The notes under the pieces were generated by a model. The model made no database searches. It was given only the letters and a program-made list of their open reading frames with translations, and was not told where the DNA came from. 55,950 nt of DNA from Dehalococcoidia bacterium (lineage in GTDB: Bacteria; Chloroflexota; Dehalococcoidia; GIF9; UBA5629): contig JBEKIW010000007.1 in the NCBI GenBank assembly GCA_050011565.1, positions 1 through 55,950 of the forward strand, in the 5' to 3' direction. The translations under genes were made by a program, and so were the position numbers. Each line of letters begins with the position of its first letter. The stretch's first letter is position 1. Below are positions 8,972-17,922 of this stretch, piece after piece.

Positions 8972-9949
8972 ATGATTGAAGAGATTTTACCTAGCCTTTA
9001 CCGTGTCGAAATTCCGTTACCCCGGAGTCCTTTGAAGGCGCTGAATTCTTATATCGTAAAAGGGAATGGACGGTTTCTGATTATAGACACGGGAATGAAC
9101 CGTGAGGAATGTCTGCATCCGATGCAAAAGGCTCTACAAAAACTGGATGTTGACCTGGACAAAACTGACTTTTTTATCACTCATCTGCACGCCGACCATT
9201 CAGGACTGGTGGGTGTTCTAGCCACCGATAGCTCCAAAATATACTTCAATAAGACGGAAGCCTCCTTTGTAAATTTCCAGCCGGCCGAAGATTACTGGAG
9301 AAAACACTTTGTTTTTTATGCCTCCCACGGTTTTCCTGAGGATGAAATGAAAAGGGTGTGGGAGGGTCATCCCGGCTATCGGTACAGCTCGCGGCGGCAG
9401 ATTAGCTTCACCGTAATGGAGGAAGGGAATGAGATAGAAGTCGGGAATTACCTGTTCCAATGTATCGAAACGCCGGGGCATTCACCGGGACACATGTGCC
9501 TTTACGAGGCCGGCAGGAAGGTACTTATCTGCGGAGACCACATTCTTTTTGACATCACGCCTAACATAACGCACTGGGAGCAGCTGGAAAATTCACTTAA
9601 GCATTATCTATTAAACCTGGAGAAGGTCTATGCGCTCGACGTGAATCTCATTTTGCCCGGCCATCGCCGTATCTGGAACGACCACAGGAAGCGGATTGGC
9701 GAACTGCAGGAGCACCATCGGGACAGGCTGGCTGAGGCGCTAAGTGCAGTAAAAGACGGAGGTAAGACAGCCTGGGAGGTAGCTCCCTATATAACCTGGG
9801 ATATAGACTGCAACTCATGGGCGGAGTTCCCTTCAGTACAGAAATTCTTTGCCGTCGGGGAGACCATCGCCCACCTGGACTACCTCGAAGCAGACGGCAA
9901 GTTGCGCAAACAGATAAGCGGCCAAAAAGTGCTTTATTCGCTGGCATGA
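8972..9949 (+). CDS. Metallo-beta-lactamase-fold hydrolase
   Basis: Motifs IDTG, THLHADH, TPGHSPGH, GDH and PGH. ATG at 8972 preferred over GTG at 8927. Confidence 0.9.
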   Translation: MIEEILPSLYRVEIPLPRSPLKALNSYIVKGNGRFLIIDTGMNREECLHPMQKALQKLDVDLDKTDFFITHLHADHSGLVGVLATDSSKIYFNKTEASFVNFQPAEDYWRKHFVFYASHGFPEDEMKRVWEGHPGYRYSSRRQISFTVMEEGNEIEVGNYLFQCIETPGHSPGHMCLYEAGRKVLICGDHILFDITPNITHWEQLENSLKHYLLNLEKVYALDVNLILPGHRRIWNDHRKRIGELQEHHRDRLAEALSAVKDGGKTAWEVAPYITWDIDCNSWAEFPSVQKFFAVGETIAHLDYLEADGKLRKQISGQKVLYSLA

Positions 9950-9976
9950 CGAAAATAAGTGATGGTTTAGAAAAAA

Positions 9977-10585
9977 ATGAGCTATCGCAGCTACCGAAGT
10001 GACAACATTGCGCCCGTTTTAGGCATAATCATAGTCTGTTTTCTGGTATATATAGGCACCATCGTAGCCGGAATTATGGGGTACGACCTCGTCCCAATAC
10101 TCGGGCTGCAAACTGCCTCCTTTCTTGAGCGGCCGTGGACAATCGTAACCAACCTTTTTATGCACGGCAGTATATGGCACATTTTATTCAATATGATTAC
10201 TCTCTACTTTTTCGGCACCTTCTTAATCAGGCTTGTGGGGACTCGTGACTTCCTCATCATATACTTTTTGGGAGGAATCGTAGGCAATATCGTCTTTATG
10301 CTTTTTGCCTTCGCTGGTTTTTTCACCTCACCTTTCTCCATAGTAATCGGTGCCTCGGGGGCTATATTCGCCCTGGGCGGTGCGCTGGCGGCGCTGACAC
10401 CCAGGTTGCGCGTGTTTGTTTTTCCCATACCCGTCCCCATGCCGCTGTGGGCGGCAGTAATCGGTGGTTTCGTTATACTGGTTTTTGTCGGGGGCGTCGC
10501 CTGGCAGGGTCATCTAGGTGGTCTGGTTTTCGGCCTCTTAGCCGGCCTTGTCCTGCGTAGGCGCGTGCGCACACCGTTCTCCTAG
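9977..10585 (+). CDS. Rhomboid-family intramembrane serine protease
   Basis: Motifs FMHGSIWHILFNM, GASGA (catalytic Ser) and GHLGG (catalytic His). Confidence 0.93.
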   Translation: MSYRSYRSDNIAPVLGIIIVCFLVYIGTIVAGIMGYDLVPILGLQTASFLERPWTIVTNLFMHGSIWHILFNMITLYFFGTFLIRLVGTRDFLIIYFLGGIVGNIVFMLFAFAGFFTSPFSIVIGASGAIFALGGALAALTPRLRVFVFPIPVPMPLWAAVIGGFVILVFVGGVAWQGHLGGLVFGLLAGLVLRRRVRTPFS

Positions 10586-10600
10586 ATTGATCAAAATATA

Positions 10601-11350
10601 ATGAGAAGTCGGTTCTACACCAAGGCGGGTTTGCACCGTTTTCTTACGTCAATTGTCACCTCCGCTCAAGATTCTGTAACTGTTTATATTACTCCGGCTT
10701 CTTTCCCAGATTATGCCGAGTCGCTCATGCTGGGGAGGAAATATGATACGCATGGAGCTGAGATTAGGGAGGCGGTCAAGACCGAGGCGGTTATCAAGGG
10801 GGCCGGGAAATACGGCACCGGTGCCGCCATATTTTGGGGTGGGCTCGGCAAGCAAATTGTGCTGCCATCATTCCCCATCGCTCAGAATGAAGTATCGGAA
10901 GGCAAGTGTGATACCTCTGTCCTCCACGAGGTGATGGACGGGAAATACCTTATCGGCGTCGTCATGGTAACCTGGGGCTGGTATGCTTTGGGCTTGTTCG
11001 ATGGCAGTAATATGGTGGAATGTAAAATAGGCACGGGTTACATACACAAAAAACACAAAAAGGGGGGCAGAAGCCAGAAAAGGTTTGCCCGCCGGACGGA
11101 GGAGCAGAAGAAGGATTTCCTGCGCCGGGTCGGCAACAGGATTGACGAGAGATTCAGCAGCTACCTGCCCGACCATATCTTTTTTGGTGGCAACAGACTG
11201 ATCCTTAAACCGTTAATTCAGGAAAGTAGATATCTGCAGACCAGGACTGATAAAATATTGCCGCGTATTCTAAATGTAAGATATGCCAATAGAGAAGCCC
11301 TGGTCGGCAGCTTGGCCGAGATAAACAAATCGCTGGTCTTCACTTTCTGA
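10601..11350 (+). CDS. eRF1/Vms1-like release-factor-fold protein (VLRF1/baeRF type)
   Basis: KKHKKGGRSQKRFARR carries the GGxSQ-R loop of this superfamily; the downstream strand HIFFGG also fits. Confidence 0.75.
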   Translation: MRSRFYTKAGLHRFLTSIVTSAQDSVTVYITPASFPDYAESLMLGRKYDTHGAEIREAVKTEAVIKGAGKYGTGAAIFWGGLGKQIVLPSFPIAQNEVSEGKCDTSVLHEVMDGKYLIGVVMVTWGWYALGLFDGSNMVECKIGTGYIHKKHKKGGRSQKRFARRTEEQKKDFLRRVGNRIDERFSSYLPDHIFFGGNRLILKPLIQESRYLQTRTDKILPRILNVRYANREALVGSLAEINKSLVFTF

Positions 11351-11384
11351 AAAAATAAAAACGTTAATCTAAGGAGGTAAAAGC

Positions 11385-12752
11385 ATGAAGAATAAATTTT
11401 GGGGTCTGCTTGCAGTTCTGTTATTGGTCGTGACCTTTTTACCGGCATGCACACCGGGTGAGGTCAAGGTGCCAACGCCGGCTAATATTAAGCCCATTAT
11501 TTTTGTGCATGGTTTCGCCGGTTCATCGGCTCAATTTGAGTCACAGGTTATGCGATTTGAAAGCAATGGATATCCCGCCAACTATATATCAGCCTACGAA
11601 TACGATAGCGCCGCCGGTCTCTCCCCTCAATTTCCACCGGCAAGCGTTCTTACCGGCGTTGACCAGGTCGTGGACGCCGTTCTCAAGAATACCGGTGCCG
11701 ATAAGGTTGACCTTATCGGGCATTCTCTGGGTACCAAGGTGTCGCAGGCATACCTGACAAGCTCGCCGGAGCGTGCCGCCAAAGTTGCCCATTACGTGAA
11801 TATCGACGGCTTTGCAAGCACCGATCTTCCCGGTGGCGTGCCTACCCTGGCTTTGTGGGCAGGGCGAAGGCCACCCGAGTTTCTTCAAGCCGGTGAAATT
11901 GTGGGTGCCACAAATGTTACATTTCCAAACGTGACTCACGTGGAATGTGCCACCTGCCCCGAGGCATTTGTCGAAATGTACAAATTCCTTACCGGCCAGG
12001 CGCCGGTAACTGATAAGATTGTCGCTGAACATTCAGGTAAAATTGAGCTTGCCGGAAGAGCGGTCATTTTCCCAAAAAATACAGGAGTTCAGGACCCGGG
12101 CGCCACTTTACAGATATGGGAAGTTGACGGCAAGACCGGCGCCAGAACCGGCAGCCAGCCACAGGCAACTTATCCTATAGGTGAGACTGGAGCCTGGGGC
12201 CCCTTTAATGCCAAGGGCGGTGTGAACTATGAATTTTGCCTGCTACAAGAAACTTTTATGACGCACTACTACTTTGAACCTTTTATAAGAAGCGACTACT
12301 TAATTCGCTTGAACACAGAGGTGCCCGGCACAGGGCTCAGCAGCCACGCCGATACCAGCGACCGTCAAAGCAACCTTTTAATTATGAGAAACAAGGAGTT
12401 CTGGGGCGACCAGGGCACCGACAGCGACGTCCTCACTATCAATGGCTCTAACATTTGCACTCCTGCCATATGTCCCCTTAACAAGCTGGTAATTGCTATA
12501 TTTGTTAATGATAATGGTGCTGATGCTAAAACAGACCTTACAGCACCGATTCCTTATTTCTTTTCGGTAATTTCGTATTTCATAAGCGGAGCTGATCTCT
12601 ATGTACCCGCAGCTAACCCACCGAGCGGGACAATACCCCTGATGCTTACACCACGGGGTGGTGGTGGGACACAGGTGATAAACGTCCCCAATTGGGTATG
12701 TGAGAAAGATAGAATCTCAGTCCAGTTTAACGATTTTATCCAGGCTAAATAA
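11385..12752 (+). CDS. Lipoprotein alpha/beta-hydrolase lipase with C-terminal beta domain (Archaeoglobus AFL-like)
   Basis: Lipobox-like FLPAC, PIIFVHGFAGS oxyanion motif, GHSLG nucleophile elbow, VAHYVNIDG and THVECAT. Confidence 0.82.
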   Translation: MKNKFWGLLAVLLLVVTFLPACTPGEVKVPTPANIKPIIFVHGFAGSSAQFESQVMRFESNGYPANYISAYEYDSAAGLSPQFPPASVLTGVDQVVDAVLKNTGADKVDLIGHSLGTKVSQAYLTSSPERAAKVAHYVNIDGFASTDLPGGVPTLALWAGRRPPEFLQAGEIVGATNVTFPNVTHVECATCPEAFVEMYKFLTGQAPVTDKIVAEHSGKIELAGRAVIFPKNTGVQDPGATLQIWEVDGKTGARTGSQPQATYPIGETGAWGPFNAKGGVNYEFCLLQETFMTHYYFEPFIRSDYLIRLNTEVPGTGLSSHADTSDRQSNLLIMRNKEFWGDQGTDSDVLTINGSNICTPAICPLNKLVIAIFVNDNGADAKTDLTAPIPYFFSVISYFISGADLYVPAANPPSGTIPLMLTPRGGGGTQVINVPNWVCEKDRISVQFNDFIQAK

Positions 12753-12758
12753 TTTAAG

Positions 12759-13454
12759 ATGAAAACCCTAGGAATTGTTGGCGGTATTGGGCCAGAGTCA
12801 ACCATAGAGTATTACCGCCAGATTATTGCATCCTACCGCCAACGAAAACATGATGGAAGTTACCCCTTAATCATAATAAACAGCATCGACATGAAAAAGA
12901 TGCTGGATTTGATTGGGGCGAACGAACTGGCTAGGCTAACGGACTATCTATTGCGGGAAGTGCAGAAGCTAGCTAAGGCCGGTGCAGACCTGGGATTACT
13001 GGCGTCCAATTCACCGCACATCGTATTCGATGGGCTTTCTCGCCAGTCGCCGATTCCGCTACTGAGCATTGTGGAGGCTGCTTGCGAAGAAACTAAGAAG
13101 TTAGGGATGAAACGAGTTGGCTTGTTAGGCACACGCTTTTCGATGCAGGGAAGGTTCTATCCGGATGTATTTTCCAGGGTGGGGATCACACTGATAACGC
13201 CTGGGGTAGAGGAGCAAGTCTATATTCACGACAAGTACATGAATGAATTGGTCAACGGCGTTATACTTTCTGAAACACGTGAACGATTGCTGGCGATAGT
13301 CGAGCGACTGAAGGCGCAGGAAGGTATTGAGGGCTTGATTCTCGGTGGTACCGAATTACCTCTTATTTTACGAGAAGAATCGTATCAAGGGCTTCCATTT
13401 TTAGATACAACGAAGATTCACGTTGAGCGTGCTGTGGCTCAGATGTTGTCGTAG
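12759..13454 (+). CDS. Aspartate/glutamate racemase family protein
   Basis: Motifs MKTLGIVGGIGPESTIEYY, ASNSPH and LGGTELPL. Confidence 0.88.
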   Translation: MKTLGIVGGIGPESTIEYYRQIIASYRQRKHDGSYPLIIINSIDMKKMLDLIGANELARLTDYLLREVQKLAKAGADLGLLASNSPHIVFDGLSRQSPIPLLSIVEAACEETKKLGMKRVGLLGTRFSMQGRFYPDVFSRVGITLITPGVEEQVYIHDKYMNELVNGVILSETRERLLAIVERLKAQEGIEGLILGGTELPLILREESYQGLPFLDTTKIHVERAVAQMLS

Positions 13455-13463
13455 GAAGTCCTA

Positions 13464-13913
13464 CTAAGTCCGGTTCACCTGCAAAAGATCAAAAGTTGCC
13501 TTCTTATCCGGCAGGCGGACTGCGTCCGTACCCAGTATCTCGAAGATAATTACCTCGCCCACCAGCCAGGTGGTTACACCAGGTCGCAGACAGCCGGTGG
13601 TGGTTTTTCCGGCCCTACCCAGTGAGGCATGTATATGCAGCTTCGGTTTATCCTTTTTATCCGGAGCGATGATACCCACACCGACTACTTCATGCACGCC
13701 GTCTACGGGGACCAGCATCGGTTCGGGCGGCATCTCGTTTGACCGTCGCGGGCCAACGACCACCTCTCCGTCACCGATGCCGCCAATTAAAATGACCTGG
13801 CCTACCGAAATCTTCTTTTCCTCGGCGAAATGCTCGATGCTGGCGGGAACAGCATCGCCATCTTCAAGTCGAATTACAAATACGCGACCCAGTTTTCCTT
13901 CAGAAGCCTTCAT
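13464..13913 (-). CDS. PPC/DUF296 domain protein
   Basis: Motifs GRVFVIRLEDGD and LHIHASLG..GCL. Confidence 0.85.
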   Translation of the reverse strand: MKASEGKLGRVFVIRLEDGDAVPASIEHFAEEKKISVGQVILIGGIGDGEVVVGPRRSNEMPPEPMLVPVDGVHEVVGVGIIAPDKKDKPKLHIHASLGRAGKTTTGCLRPGVTTWLVGEVIIFEILGTDAVRLPDKKATFDLLQVNRT

Positions 13914-13925
13914 TACAAGCCTCCT

Positions 13926-14975
13926 TTATGCTGACGGCTGCGGCTTTTGATATTTACGCGCTTCTTCCCGATACTGCTTGACATACTCAGCCAGCAGGTC
14001 CCGGATAGGGAGATGATAGGGACATCTTTCTTCACACTCACCGCACTCAGTGCAGCTAGCCGCCTTTTCCACAATTTGCCCCCAGAATCCTGAGAACAAG
14101 TGCTCCGGCGGCAGTCGCCGCACCAGGCTGGGATACATCATGACGGTGGATATCATAATGCCTTCACTGCAAGGTTGGCAGTAATCGCAGCGATGGCAGA
14201 ATTTGGTGCCGAGTTCCCCCTTTAGTTTTTGCATCTGTTTTAGTTCGGCTGCCGTAATCTTTCTGGGGCCTTCCATTATCTGAACGATTTCCTCTATCTC
14301 CGTCACTTTTTCAATGCCGGCGATGGTCAGGATATCCGGAAACTGGAAGAGATATTTAAAGGCGATTTTAGCGTTGTCTATCATGCCCCCGGAGAGCGGC
14401 TTCATAACGATAAAGCCAACATCGTGTTTCTTAGCCAGTGGTATGAGTTCATCAGCGGCTTCGGCGGTAACAAAGTTAAACGGGAACATGATGGTCTCGA
14501 ACCGGCCGCAGGCAACGGCTTCCTTGGCTACGTCTATCTGGTGGGACGTGATGCCGATGTGTTTCACCAGTCCTGCATCCCTGGCCTTTTCCACTGCCGC
14601 CATTGGCCCGTCAGGGGCGAGGACCATATCCAGTGAGGCCTTATCGCTGACGCCGTGGAACTGGTAGAGGTCGATATATTTCACATTAAGCCTCAACAGG
14701 CTCAGATTGAGGTGCTTTTCCACTCCCTCGCGCTTTCGTGAAGTAGACTTGGTGGCTAAAACAAGTCCCTCGCGCCGTCCGGCTATAGCCTTGCCGATGC
14801 GCTCTTCGCTGCTGGTATAGGCATTGGCGGTATCGAGGAAAGTTATGCCCAGGTCCAGGCATCTTTTGACAACGTTGACCGCTTCATCCTCGTTAAGCCT
14901 CTGAATCGGTATGCCGCCGAAACCCAATCGGGAAACGAGCATGTTGGTTTTGCCGAGTCTTATCCTATCCAACAT
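13926..14975 (-). CDS. Aldo/keto reductase with C-terminal 4Fe-4S dicluster domain
   Basis: Motifs LGFGGIPIQR, DTANAY and IDLYQFH; C-terminal CHRCDYCQPC and CTECGECEERCP. Confidence 0.92.
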   Translation of the reverse strand: MLDRIRLGKTNMLVSRLGFGGIPIQRLNEDEAVNVVKRCLDLGITFLDTANAYTSSEERIGKAIAGRREGLVLATKSTSRKREGVEKHLNLSLLRLNVKYIDLYQFHGVSDKASLDMVLAPDGPMAAVEKARDAGLVKHIGITSHQIDVAKEAVACGRFETIMFPFNFVTAEAADELIPLAKKHDVGFIVMKPLSGGMIDNAKIAFKYLFQFPDILTIAGIEKVTEIEEIVQIMEGPRKITAAELKQMQKLKGELGTKFCHRCDYCQPCSEGIMISTVMMYPSLVRRLPPEHLFSGFWGQIVEKAASCTECGECEERCPYHLPIRDLLAEYVKQYREEARKYQKPQPSA

Positions 14976-14987
14976 TTTTCCTTAGAG

Positions 14988-15101
14988 CTGTACGCCGCAT
15001 TTACTATCGTATTGTCATAGACACGCTTAGCCCGGGTCCCCTTTTGCCCAAGGGTTCAGTGGCAGCCGTGGCAACGACGACAGCAGTTATGCCGCTACAG
15101 A
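14988..15101. other. Long imperfect intergenic hairpin; candidate structured RNA or leader
   Basis: The arms pair over about 30 bp (CTGTA/TACAG, GCAT/ATGC, minus-strand TGCTGTCGT/ACGATAGTA with G:U) around an inner CCCTT...AAGGG hairpin. Confidence 0.4.
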
Positions 15102-15117
15102 ACTTGTACCGGGGGTT

Positions 15118-16131
15118 CTAGTTTCCTGCGGGGCCAAACGTGTTGACGTAGATATGCTGGTCGTCGGGACCCTTGCCGAAGACATAGATTTTACTGTTGA
15201 AAACAACCGGGGCTAACGCAGCATCAGCTATGCCGCCGCCTGGCACCTGTGCCGCCCCGCTCCAGTTACCTGCGGTATCAGACGTGTTGTAGTAGATACG
15301 CTTGTCGTCGATTCCCTTGCTGAAGAGGTAGAGTTTACCGTTGAAGACGGTAGCGGCTACCGAGACATCAGTCGTGCCGCCGCCCGGCACCTGTGCCCAA
15401 CCGCTCCAGTTGCCTGCGGTGTCGGATGTGTTGACGTAGATACGCTTGTCGCCGATGCCCTTGCCGAAGAGGTAGAGTTTGTTGTTAAAGGCAGCTGCGG
15501 CTAAGGCGACGTCAGTTGTGCCGCCGCCCGGCACCTGTGCCCAACCGCTCCAGTTGCCTGCGGTATCATAAGTGTTGACATATTCACGCTTGTCGCCGAT
15601 GCCCTTGCCGAAGAGATAGAGTTTGTTGTTGAAGGCAGCTGCGGCTAATGCGACGTCAGTTGTGCCGCCGCCAGGCACCTGTGCCCAACCGCTCCAGTTG
15701 CCTGCGGTATCATAAGTGTTGACATATTCACGCTTGTCGTCGATGCCTTTGCTGAAGAGATAGATTTTACTATTGAAGACAGCTGGGGCTACCGAGGCAT
15801 CAGTTGTGCCGCCGCCAGGCACCTGTGCCCAGCCGCTCCAGTTGCCTGCGGTATCAGACGTGTTGACGTAGATACGCTTGTCGCCGATGCCCTTGCTGAA
15901 GAGATAGATTTTGCTGTTGAAGACAACCGGGGCTAGTGCGACGTCAGTTGTACCGCCGCCCGGCACCTGTACCCAGCCGCTCCACTGGTCTGCAGCAGCC
16001 GCCGGCGGAGGAGTTGTGCTGCCCGGCGTTTCCTCCGATGGGGCTGGTGGTGGCACTACAATAGGGGCTGGAACACAACCAGAGATAAAGAAAACCGCGA
16101 TGGCAATTACGAACAACAATTTTTTCAACAT
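15118..16131 (-). CDS. Lipoprotein with six 47-aa Trp-rich repeats (lectin-like beta-propeller)
   Basis: Lipobox ISGC and a Pro-rich linker, then six copies of WSGWAQVPGGGTTD..AVFN.KLYLF.KG..DKR.YVNT (141-bp period). Confidence 0.88.
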   Translation of the reverse strand: MLKKLLFVIAIAVFFISGCVPAPIVVPPPAPSEETPGSTTPPPAAAADQWSGWVQVPGGGTTDVALAPVVFNSKIYLFSKGIGDKRIYVNTSDTAGNWSGWAQVPGGGTTDASVAPAVFNSKIYLFSKGIDDKREYVNTYDTAGNWSGWAQVPGGGTTDVALAAAAFNNKLYLFGKGIGDKREYVNTYDTAGNWSGWAQVPGGGTTDVALAAAAFNNKLYLFGKGIGDKRIYVNTSDTAGNWSGWAQVPGGGTTDVSVAATVFNGKLYLFSKGIDDKRIYYNTSDTAGNWSGAAQVPGGGIADAALAPVVFNSKIYVFGKGPDDQHIYVNTFGPAGN

Positions 16132-16168
16132 GACCTATAACCCCCTTCTTTTTTTGCCTGTTGTTTCT

Positions 16169-16197
16169 ATTATAAGTAGGTTTATCTAGCCCGTCAA
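16169..16197 (-). promoter_or_regulatory. Sigma70-type promoter of the propeller lipoprotein
   Basis: Minus strand TTGACG-17 bp-TATAAT. Confidence 0.8.
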
Positions 16198-16286
16198 TGG
16201 GGGACGGAATTTGCGCCATCATCTAGGTTGCCGACAACGTCCTTTTTGAATAATGTGACGATTTGTTACATTTTTAACTGCCAGAT

Positions 16287-16840
16287 TCACGTAGCCCTGG
16301 CAGCGGTTTTCTTTTTATAAAGTTGTGGCAGAAATTCGGGGAATCGCCCCATTTCCGCTATATTGTGCTTGCGTAAAGAATCAAGGAACTGTTGAGGTGC
16401 AATCGCGGGAAGAAGAAATGTGGAGCGCATTCGTGTCCCGTAAGATGTTTCTTCATACTCATGGACGACACAGCCGAGAGGTATGTCGTCGATGCCGGGG
16501 GCGAGCGGACTGCCCACATTGACGTGGCTGTAAATAGTGGTAATGGGAGAGGCACTCGAATCCTCCCAGCGTATGCGTAATATATGAGCCGGCACGTCGC
16601 TTATACTCTCGCACAGCATATGTATAGCACCGGCATCTCCCACCTGGCTCGGCGGAATTTGCCATTCAAGTGCAATATGGTCCTGGGGGTTCCACAGCTT
16701 GTAAGTATCGTTATCCATGTTGTCCCACCACCAGTCGAGCATCTCAGGTACAACACCGCGTAGCTCATGTTTCATAACCAGAGCCACGGGCTTACCCTTT
16801 AATAACTCCTTGTAGACCACCTCCGGGATGATTTCTTCAT
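16287..16840 (-). CDS. PhlG/DAPG-hydrolase-like (Bet v1 fold) protein; start probably disrupted by a 1-nt frameshift
   Basis: Motifs GVVPEMLDWWW, YKLWNPQDH, MRSTF and HNIAEM..F..FLP.LY. The SD-linked ATG at 16840 is out of frame; the main frame runs 16287-16820. Confidence 0.7.
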
Positions 16841-16862
16841 CTTTCTTTACCTCCTTGCTTCT

Positions 16863-17276
16863 TTAGCAGAGATTTTCGGCTAACAAATTCCCGATTAACT
16901 GATAGAACTCTTCGGGGTCTTTGCCGATTGATAATGTCTCCATGGGGCACATGTCTTTGTTGGGCTTCTGGATGCAGGGCACGATTTGGGTCAGGTGGTG
17001 CTTGATGCTATATTTCTCCAGCACCTCAATGGCAAGCTGGCTGCCCAGCGGGCTGTAGACTTCCTGACAGTCCGCTTTGATGAAAAGCAAAGCCGCAGCC
17101 CGCCCCACTATTTTGTCGAAAATGACCACGTTATGATGCTGGGAGGCGAATTTATCTATGTACTCGACCAGCGGCAGCAGCCTGTCCTTGTCTGAGGTGA
17201 AGATGAGCTTGCTGCCTTTGTAGACGCGAAGTGTGTTCTTGCTGGTCAGGAATTCATCGAATAAGGGTTGGTACAC
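16863..17276 (-). CDS. DUF1893 (TM1506-like) protein
   Basis: Motifs IFDKIVGRAAALL and MCPME; adjacent to an ECF S component. Confidence 0.85.
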   Translation of the reverse strand: MYQPLFDEFLTSKNTLRVYKGSKLIFTSDKDRLLPLVEYIDKFASQHHNVVIFDKIVGRAAALLFIKADCQEVYSPLGSQLAIEVLEKYSIKHHLTQIVPCIQKPNKDMCPMETLSIGKDPEEFYQLIGNLLAENLC

Positions 17277-17878
17277 TACTCCTGTTTACCCTTTATGTTA
17301 CCGGCGGTGAATTTCCCCACCAGCCAGATTATGGCGGGTATAGAAATCAACTGAATGACTATGCCCGGCCAACCCTGCTTAACCGTTGACCAGAAGGAAG
17401 CCAGTGGATTTGCCTCAGGACCCAAGGGGCTGTAGCTCTGCCCGCCAATGAAGTAAACGAGCGAAATCGCCAGCAGCAGCGCCATTCGTCCGCCGATAAT
17501 GGCTCCTAGTAATGACCATATTGTTCGCAGGTGGTATTTCTCTCGCAGCATACCGGCGATAAGGCCATAAGCTGAAACTTCTATTACGACCTGCGGCAGA
17601 ACGTTTAAAGCCGGCATACCCGAGATGAAATAGCTGGTCACCGGCGTAAACAGTCCCACAAGCAAGCCGGCGCGCCAGCCAAACAGCAGCCCGGCAATCA
17701 ATACGAAGATGTGCATGGGCAGAAAGGTGGGTCCAGCCAGATGGAATTGGTGGAAAACCCAGGGCACAAATACAGCCAGCATAACGAAAGCGGCTGTAAG
17801 CAGATAGCTCCGAATGTCTTTGTACTTGAGCGCCGCAATTAAGGACTGGGGTTTAGAAAAAGCGATTCTGTTAGTCAT
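17276..17878 (-). CDS. ECF transporter S component
   Basis: FLPMHIFVLIAGLLFGWRAGLLVG..TP..S..ISGMP and a final GWPGIVIQL helix. Confidence 0.85.
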   Translation of the reverse strand: MTNRIAFSKPQSLIAALKYKDIRSYLLTAAFVMLAVFVPWVFHQFHLAGPTFLPMHIFVLIAGLLFGWRAGLLVGLFTPVTSYFISGMPALNVLPQVVIEVSAYGLIAGMLREKYHLRTIWSLLGAIIGGRMALLLAISLVYFIGGQSYSPLGPEANPLASFWSTVKQGWPGIVIQLISIPAIIWLVGKFTAGNIKGKQE

Positions 17879-17922
17879 CTGTAATATCTCCTTTCGGCAT
17901 AGCCGCTGTCTCTACATCTATG

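Noticed and set aside
14988-15101. Cobalamin, c-di-GMP or c-di-AMP riboswitch, or 6S RNA
   Set aside because: Only short fragments match (GCCACTG, CCAAGGGTTCA); the required conserved cores and lengths are absent, so it is left unclassified.
16252-16272. AATGTGAC-N5-GTTACATT as a CRP/FNR site
   Set aside because: The half-site spacing is one base longer than TGTGA-N6-TCACA. It may be an operator, but the family cannot be supported.
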